Assembly (NCBI RefSeq): GCF_009914755.1
Contig: NC_060939.1
DNA: 64,000 nt
Origin: the human T2T-CHM13v2.0 reference genome, Homo sapiens
Direction: 5' to 3' (one strand)
Shown: in pieces, positions 55,101 to 64,000 of the stretch
How positions within the stretch are numbered: the first letter of the stretch is position 1
Layout: every line of letters begins with the position of its first letter
Notes under the pieces: model-generated
The model's input: the letters and a program-made list of their open reading frames with translations, nothing else
Told to the model about the DNA's origin: nothing
Databases searched by the model: none
Translations under genes and position numbers: made by a program

Positions 55101-58100
55101 ATCTGTAAGTGGACGTATTGAGTGCTTTGAGGCCTATGGTGGAAAAGGAAATATCTTCACATAAAAACTAGAAAGAAGAGTTCTGAGACAGTACTTTATG
55201 ATGTGTGCATTCATCTCACAGAGTTGAACCTTTCTTTTGATTGAGTAGTTTGGAAATAATCTTTTTGTAGAATCTACAAGTGGACATCTGGAGCACTTTG
55301 CAGCCTGTGGTAGAAAAGGAAATATCTTCACATAAAAACTAGACAGAATATTTCTGAGAAACTTCTTTGTGTTGTGTGCATTCAACTCACAGAGGTAAAT
55401 CTTTCTTTTGATTGAGCAGTTTTGAAACTCTCTTTTTGTAGAATCTGCAAGTGGACACTTGGAGTGATTTGAGACCTGTGGTGGAAAAGGAAATATTTTC
55501 ACATAAAAACTAGAAAGAAGTATTCTGAGAAACTTTTTGTTATGTGTGCATTTATCTCCCAGAGTTGAACCTTTCTTTTGAAGGACCAATTACGAAATAC
55601 TATCTTTGTAGAATCTGCAAGTGGATATTTCGAGAACCTTGAGGCCTATGGTAGAAAAGGGAATATCTTCACATAAAAACTAGACGGAAGAATTCAGAGA
55701 AACTTCTTTGTGATGTATGCGTTCATCTAACAGAGTTGAACCTTTCTTTTGATGGTGCAGTTTGGAAACACTCTTTATGTAGGATCTGAAAGTGGACATT
55801 GGGAGCGCTCTGCGGCCTATGGTAGAAAAGGAAATATCGTCATATAAAATCTAAACAGAAGCAGTCTGAGAAACTTCTTGGTGATGTGGGCATTCATCTC
55901 ACAGAGGTAAACTTTTTTTTTGATAGAGCAGTTTTGAAACACTCTTTTTGTAGAATCTGCAAGTGAACTTTTGGAGCACTTTGATGCCTATGGTGGGAAG
56001 TTAATATCTTCACATAAAACTGGACAGAAGAATTCTGAGAAACTTCTTTGTGATGTGGGGGTTCATCTCACGTAGTTGTACCTTTATTTTGATTAAGCAG
56101 TTTGGAAACACTCTTTTTTTAGAATCTGCAAGTGGACAATTGGAGCGATTTGCAGCCTATGGTAGAAAAAGGAAATATCTTCACATGAAATCTAGACAGA
56201 AGCAACCTGAGAAACTACATTGTGATGTGTGCATGCATCTCAGAGAATTAAACCTTTCTTTTGATTGAGCAGTTTTTAAATTCTCTTTTTGTAGGATCTG
56301 CAATTCGACATCTGGAGCGCTTTGACGCCTATGGTGGAAAAGGAAATATCTTCACAAAAAACTAGACAGAATAATTCAGAGAAACTACTTTGTGATGTGT
56401 GCATTCATCTCACAGAGTTGAACTTTTCTTTTGATTGAGCAGTTTTGAAACACTATTTTTGTAGAATCTGCAAGGGAAATTTGAAGCGCTTAGAGGCCTA
56501 TGTTTGAAAAGGAAATGTCTTCACGTAAAAACTACATAGAATCATTCTGAGACCTTCTTAGTGATGTGTGCATTCATCTCCCAGAGTTGAAACTTTCTTT
56601 TGATGGACCAGTTTGGAAATACTTTTTTGTAGAGTCTGCATGTGGACGTTTCGAGCGCCTTGAGGCCTATGGTGGAAAATGAAATTTCTACACATGAAAA
56701 CTAGACAGAAGAATTCTGAGAAACGTCTTTGTGATGTGTTTGTTCATCTCACAGAGTTGAACATTTCTTTTGATTGAGCAGTTCGGAAACACTCATTTTG
56801 TAGAATCTGCAAGTGGAGATTTGGAGCACTTTGCGGCCTATGGTAGAAAAGGAGATATCTTCACATAAAATCTAGACAGAAGCAATCTGAGAAACTTCTT
56901 TGTGATGAGTACATTCATCTCACAGAGTTAAACCTTACTTTAGATTGAGCAGTTTTGAAAATCTCTTTTTGCAGAATCTGCAAGTGGACATTTGGAGCGC
57001 TTTGAGGCCTACGGTCAAAAAAGAAATACCTTTACATGAAAACAAGATAGAAGAATTCTGAGAAACTTCTTTGTGATGTGTGCATTCATCTCACAGAGTT
57101 GAACCTTTCTTTTGATTCAGCAGTTTGGAAACACTCTTTTTGTAGAATCTGCAAGTGGACATTTGGAACGCTTTGGGGCCCATGGTGGAAATGGAAATAT
57201 CTTCACATAAACACTAGGCAGAAGAATTCTGAGAAACTTCTTTTGATGTGTGCATTCAATTGACAGAGTTGAATCCTTCCTTTGATTTGAGCAGTTTGGA
57301 AACACTCTTTTTATAGAATCTACTTTTGGACATTTGGAGCGCTTTGTGGCCTATGTTAGAAAAGGAAATATCTTCACATAAAATCTAGACAAAAGCAATC
57401 TGAGAAACTTCCTTGTGATGTGTGCATTCATCTCATAGAGTTAAACCCTTCTTTTGACTAAGCAGTTTTGAAACTCTCCTTTTGTAGAATCTGGAAGTGG
57501 ACATTTAGAGCACTTTGAGGACTATTGTGGAAAAGGGAATATCTTCACATAAATACTAGACAGAAGAATTCTGAGAAACTTTTTGTGATGTGCGCATTAC
57601 CTCACAGAGTTGAACCTTACTTTTGATTGAGCAGCTTGGAAACACTCTTTTTGTAGACTCTGCACGTAGATATTTGGAGCACCTTGTGGCCCATGTTAGA
57701 AAAGGAAATATCCTCACATAAAATCTAGACAGAAGCAATCTGAGAAAGTTCTTTGTGATGTGTGCATTCATAACACAGAGGTAAACCTTTCTTTTGATTG
57801 AACAGTTTTGAAACTCTCTTTTTGTAGAATCTGCAAGTGGACATTTACAGTGCTTTGAGGCCTACTGTGGAAAAGGAAATATCTTCACATAAATGCTAGA
57901 CAGAACAATTCTGAGAAACTTCTTTGTGATGTGTGCATTACCTCACAGAGTTGCACTTTTCTTTTGATTGAGCAGTTTGGAAACACTCTATTTGTAGAAT
58001 CTGCAAGTGGACATTTGGAGCACCTTGCGGCCATGTTAGAAAGGGAAGTATCTTCACATAAAACCTAGACAGAAGCAATCTGAGAAAGTTCTTTGTGATG

Positions 58101-58793
58101 TGTGCATTCATAACACAGAGGTAAACCTTTCTTTTGATTGAACAGTTTTGAAACTCTTTTTGTAGAATCTGCAAGTGGACATTTGAAGAGCTTTGAGGAC
58201 TATCGTGGAAAAGGAAATATCTTCACATAAAAACTAGACAGAAAAATTCTGAGAAACTTCCTTGTTATGTGTACATTCATCTCACAGAGTTGAATCTTTC
58301 TTTTGATACAGCAGTTTGGAAACACTCTTTTTATAGATTATGCTAGCGGACATTTGAGCAATTTGCAGCATATGGTAGAAAAGGTAATATCTTCACATAA
58401 AATCTAGGCAGAAGCTATCTGAGAAACTTCTTTGTGATGTGTTCCTTCAACTCAAGGAGTTAAACATTTCTTTTGGTTGAGGAGTTTTGAAACTCTCTTT
58501 TTGTCGAATCTGCAAGTGAACATTTGGAGCGCTTTGGGGCACATGGTGGAAAAGGAAATATCTTCACATAAAAAATAGACAGAAGAATTCTGAGAAACTT
58601 CTTTGTGATGTGTGCGTTCATTTCACAGAGTTGAATCTTTCCTTTGAGCAGTTTGGAAACACTTTTTATAGAATCTACTTTTGAACATTTGGAGCGCCTT
58701 GTGGCCTATGGTAGAAAAGGAAATATCTTCACATAAAATCTAGACAAAAGCAATCTGAGAAACTTCTTTGTGATGTGTGCATTCATCCATAGA
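52101..58793 (+). repeat. Alpha satellite, inverted block: dimeric type B domain
   Basis: AAATCTAGACAGAAGCAATC alternates with AAAACTAGACAGAAGAATTC; GTGGACATT. Confidence 0.92.
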
Positions 58794-61700
58794 TTTTATG
58801 TGAATATATTTCCTTTTCTAGCATAGGCCACAAGCACTCCAAATGTCCACTTGCAGATTCTACAAAAAGATTTTTTCCAAACAGCTCAATCAAAGAAAGA
58901 TCCAACTCTGTGAGATGAACGCACACATCACAAAGTAGTTTCTCAGAAATCTTATGTCTAATTTTTATGTATTTCATTTTCCACCATAGGCCTCAAGGCA
59001 CTGGAAATGTCCACTTGCAGATTCTGCCAAAAGAGTATTTCAAAACTGGTCCATCAAAAGAAAGCTTCAACTCAGGGAAATGAATGTAAACATCACAATG
59101 CATTTTCTCAGAATGCTTCTATCTAGTTTTTCTGTGAAGATATTTCCTTTTCCACAATAGGCCACAAAGTGCTCCAAATGTCTACTTGCAGATACTACAA
59201 AAAGAAAATTTCAAAAATGCTCAGTCAAAAGAAAGGGTTAACTCTGTGAGATGAATGCACACATCACAAAGGTGTTTCTCAGATGACTTCTGTCGAGATT
59301 TTTTGTGAAGATATTTCCTTTTCTACCACAGGCCACAAAGCCCTCCAAATGTCCACTTGCAGATTCTAGAAAGAGTGTTTCCAAACTGCTTAATCAAAAG
59401 AAATGTTCAAATCTGTGAGATGACCACACGCATCACAAAGAAGTTTCTCAGAATTCTTCTGTCTAGTTTTTCTGTGAAGATATTTCCTTTTCCTCCACAG
59501 GCCTCAAAGGACTCAAAATGTCCACTTGCAGATTCTACAAAAATAGAGTTTCAAAACTGCTCAATCAAAAGAAAGGTTTAACTCTGTGAAATGAATGCAC
59601 ATATCACAAAGAAGTTTCTCAGATTGCTTCTGTCTAGATTTTATGTGAAGTTATTTCCTTTTCTATCATAGGCTGCGAAGCACTCCAAATATCCACTCAC
59701 AGAATCCATAAAAAAACTGTTTCCAAACTTCTCAATCAAAAGAAAGGTTCAACTCTGGGAGATGAACGTACACATCACAAAGAAGTTTCTCAGAATTTTT
59801 CTCTCTAGTTTTTATGTGAAGTTATTTCCTTTCCCACCATAGGCCTCAAAGAGCTCCAAATGTCCACTTGCAGATACTACAAAAGGAGAGTTTTAAAACT
59901 GCACAATCAAAAGAAATGTTTAACTCTGTGAGATGAATTCACACATCACAAATAAGTTTCTCAGATTGCTTCTGTCTAGATTTTATGTGAAGATATTTCC
60001 TTTTCTACCATAGGCCGTGAAGCACTCCATATGTCAACTTGCAGATCCTACAAAAAGAGTGTTTCCAAACTGCTAAATCAAAAGAAAGGTTCAACTCCTT
60101 GAGATGAATGCACACATCACAAAGAAGTTTCTCAGAATTCTTCTGTCTACTATTGATGGGAAGATATTTCCTATTCCACCATTGGCCTCAAAGCCCTCCA
60201 AATGTCCACTTACAGATTCTACAAAAAGAGATTTTCAAAACTTCTCAATCAAAAGAAATGTTTAACTCTGTGAGATGAATGCACACATCTAAAGAAGTTT
60301 CTCAGATTGTTTCTGTCTAGATTTTAAGTGAATATATTTCCTTTTCTACTATAGGCTTCAAAGCGCTCCAAATGTCCACTTGCAGATTCTACAAAAAGAG
60401 TGTTTCCAAACTGCTCAATGAAAAGAAAGGTTCAACTCTGTGAGATGAAAGCACACATCACAAAGAAGGTTCTCAGAATTCTTATGTCTAGTTTTTATGT
60501 GAAGATATTTCATTTTCCACAACAGGCCTCAAGGAACTGGAAAAGTTCACTTGCAGATTCTACAAAAACAGTATTTCAAAACTGGTCAATCAAAAGAAAG
60601 ATTCAACTGTGGGAAATGAATGTGCACATCACAAAGCAGTTTCTCAGAATGCTTCTATCTAGTTTTTATGTGAAGATATCTCCTTTTCCACAATAGGCCT
60701 CAAAGCACCCCAAATGTCCACTTGCAGATACTACATAAAGAGAGTTTCAAAATTGCTCAATCAAAAGAAAGCGTTAACTCTGTGAGAAGAATGCACACAT
60801 CACAAAGAAGTTTCTAATATTGCTTCTGTCGAGATTTTTTGTGATGATATTCCCTTTTCTACCACATGCTGCAAATCGCTGCAAATGTCCACTTGCAGAT
60901 TCTAGAAAGAGTGTTTCCAAACTGCTTAATCAAAAGAAAGGTTCAACTCTGTGAGATGAACGCATGCATCACACAGAAGTTTCTCAGAATTCTTCTGTCT
61001 AGTCTTTCTGTGAAGATATTTCCTTTTCCTCCACAGGCCTGAAAGTGCTCAAAATGTCCACTTGCAGATTCTAAAAAAATAGAGTTTCAAAATTGCTCAA
61101 TCAAAAGAAAGGTTTAACTCCGTGAGGTGAATGCACACATCACAAAGAAGTTCCTCAGATTTCTTCTTTCTAGATTTTATGTGAAGATATTTCATTTTGT
61201 ACCAATAGGCTGAAAAGCACTGCAAATGTACACTTGCAGATTCCACAAAAAGATTGTTTCCAAACTGTTCAATCAAAAGAAAGGTTCACCTCTGTGAGAT
61301 GAATGCACACATCACAAAGAAATTTGTCAGAATACTTCTGTCTGGTTTTTATGTGAAGATATTACCTTTTCCATCATAGGGCTCAAAGTGCTCCAAATGT
61401 CCACTTTCAGATTCTACAAAAAGAGAGTTTCAAAACTACTCTATCAAAAGAAAGGTTTAAATCTGTGAGATGAATGCACAAATCGAAAGAAGTTTCTCAG
61501 ATTGCTTCTGTCTAGATATTATGTGAAGATATTTCCTTTTCTACCATAGGCTGCAAAGTGCTCCAAATGTCCACATACAGATTCTATAAAAAGAGAGTTT
61601 CAAAACTGTTCAATGAAAAGAAAGTTTTAACTCTGTGAGATGAATGCACCCATCACAAAGAAGTTTCTCAAATTTCTTCTGTCTAGATTTTATGTGGAGA

Positions 61701-64000
61701 TATTTCCTTTTCCATCATAGACTGCAATGCATTCCAAATGTTCACTTGCCGATTCTACAAAAAGAGTGTTTTCAAACTGCTCAATGAAAAGAAAGGTTCA
61801 ACTCTGTGAGATGAATGCAAACATCACAAAGAAGTTTCTCAGAATTCTTCTGTCTAGTTTTTAGTGTGAAGAAATTTCCGTTTCCACCATAGGCCTCAAC
61901 GTGCTCCAAATGTCCACTTGCAGTTTTTACAAAAAGAGTGTTTCAAACTGCTCAATCAAAAGAAAAGTTAAAATCTGTGAGATGAATGCACCCATCACAA
62001 AGAAGTTTCTCAGAATTCTTCTGTCAAGTATTTATGTGAAGATACTTCCTTTTCCACCATAGGCCTCAAAGCGCTACAAATGTCCAATTGCAGATTCTAC
62101 AAAAAAAAGAGTTTCAGCACTGTTCTATCAAAAGAAAGGTTTTGCTCTGTGAGATGAATGCACACATCACAAAGAAGTTTCTCAGATTGTTCTGTCTAGA
62201 TTTTATGTGAAGATATTTCTTTTTCTGCCATAGGCTGCAAAGCCCTCCAAATGTCCACATGCACATTCTACAAATAGAGTGTTTAGAAACTGCTCAATCA
62301 AAAGAAAGGTTCAACCCTGTGAGATGAACGCACACATCTGAAAGATGTTTCTTAGAATTCTGCTGTCTAGTTTTTATGTGAAGATAATTCATTTTCCACC
62401 AAAGGCCTCAAAGCGCTCCAATGTCCACTTGCAGATTCTACAAAAAGAGAGTTTGAAGACTGCTCAATCAAAAGAAAGGTGTAACTCTTTGAGATGAATG
62501 CACAAATCACAAAGACGTTTCTCAGATTGCTTCTGTCTAGATATTATGTGAAGATATTTCCTTCTCTAACATTGGCCGCAAAGCGCTCCAAATGTCCACT
62601 TGCAGATTATAAAAAAAGATTGTTTCCAAAATGCTCAACCAAAAGAAAGGTTCAACTCTGTGCAATGAACGCACGCATCACAAAGAAGTTTCTCAGAATT
62701 CTTCCATCTAGTTTTTATGTGAAGACATTTCCTTTTCCTCCATGGGCTGCAAAGCACTCCAAATGTCCACTTGCAGATTCTACAAAAAGAGAGTTTCAAA
62801 ACTGCTCAATCAAATTAAGGATTAACTCTGTGAGATGAACGCACACATCACAAAGAAGTTTCTCACATTGCTTCTGTCTAGACTTTATGTGAAGATATTT
62901 CCTTTTCTACCATAGGCTGCAAAGTGCTGCAAATGTCCCCTTGAAGATTCTACAAAAGAGTGTTTCCAAAATGCTCAATCGAAAGAAAAGTTCAACTCTG
63001 TGAAGTGAATGGACACATCGCAAAGAAGTATCTCAGATTACTTCTGTCTAGATTTTATGTGAAGATATTCCCTTTTCTACCATAGGCCTCAGAGCGCTCC
63101 AAATGTCCACTTGTAGATTCTACAAAAAGAATGTTTCCAAACTGCTCAATGAAAAGAAATGTTCAAATCTTTGATATGAACATATGCATCACAAAGAAGT
63201 TTCTCAGAATTCTTCAGTCTAGTTTTTATGTGAAGATATTTAATTTCCACCATAGGTCTCAAGGCTCTTGAAATTTCCCCTGCAGATTCTACAAAAAGTG
63301 TATTTCAAACTGGTCCTTCAAAAGAAAGGTTCAACTCTGTGAGATGAAGGCAGACATCACAAAGAAGTTTCTCAGATTCCCTCTGCCAAGACTTTATGTG
63401 AAGGTATTTCCATTTCTAACACAGGACCAAAGCGCTCCAAATGTCCACCTGCAGATTCTACAAAAAGAGTGCTTCCTAACTGCTCAATTAAAAGAAAAGT
63501 TCAACTCTGTGAGACGAACACTCACATCACCAAAAGTTTCTCAGAATTATTCTGTGTAGTTTTTATATGAAGGTATTTCATTTTCCACCATAGGCCTCAA
63601 GTCATTAGTAATGTCCCCTTGCAGATTCTGCAAAGAGGGTATGTCAAAACTGGTCCATCAAAAGAAAGATTCAACTCTTGGGGATGAATGCACACATCAC
63701 AAAGATATTTATTGGAATGCTTCTATACAGTTTTTATGTGAAGATGTTTCCTTTCCCACCATAGGCCTCAAAGTGCTCCAAATGTCCACTTGCACATCTA
63801 CAAAAGAGATTTTCAAAACTACTCAATCAAAAGAAAAGTTCAACTCTGTGGGATTAAACACACACATCACAAAGAAGTTTCTCAGTATTCTTCTGTGTAG
63901 TTTTTATGTGAAGATATTTCTTTTTCTACCATAGACAGCAAAGAGCTCAAAATGTCCACTTCCAGATTATACAAAAAGAGTGTTTCTTAACTGCTCAATC
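58790..64000 (-). repeat. Alpha satellite, dimeric type B domain, original orientation resumed
   Basis: Abrupt switch GTGTGCATTCATCCA|TAGA|TTTTATGTGAATATATTTCC. X/Y alternation continues to the window end. Confidence 0.95.

Overview
Hominoid (human/great-ape-like) pericentromeric DNA. About 58 kb is diverged ~171-bp alpha satellite with pJalpha/A-type boxes and no canonical CENP-B box found by eye. It is interrupted by one full-length, inactivated L1PA3-like LINE-1 on the minus strand (~28,989-35,002). The satellite reverses orientation twice: exactly at the L1 and again at ~58,790, giving a ~24-kb inverted block. At least two monomer families alternate in domains: a 'CTGTGTAG/AATATCCAC' type and a dimeric 'CTGTCTAG/AATGTCCAC' type, plus a short third type. 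There are no host protein-coding genes; the satellite ORFs are translation artefacts, and I see no new protein-based system. The notable signals are structural: an L1 with no TSD whose two ends sit in different target sites at an inversion breakpoint, a ~49-nt probable 3' transduction, a microhomology junction closing the inverted block, a fossil ~9-mer higher-order repeat, recent short conversion-like tracts, and a poly(A) tract apparently born from satellite sequence. All alignments and counts were done by eye and need computational confirmation.
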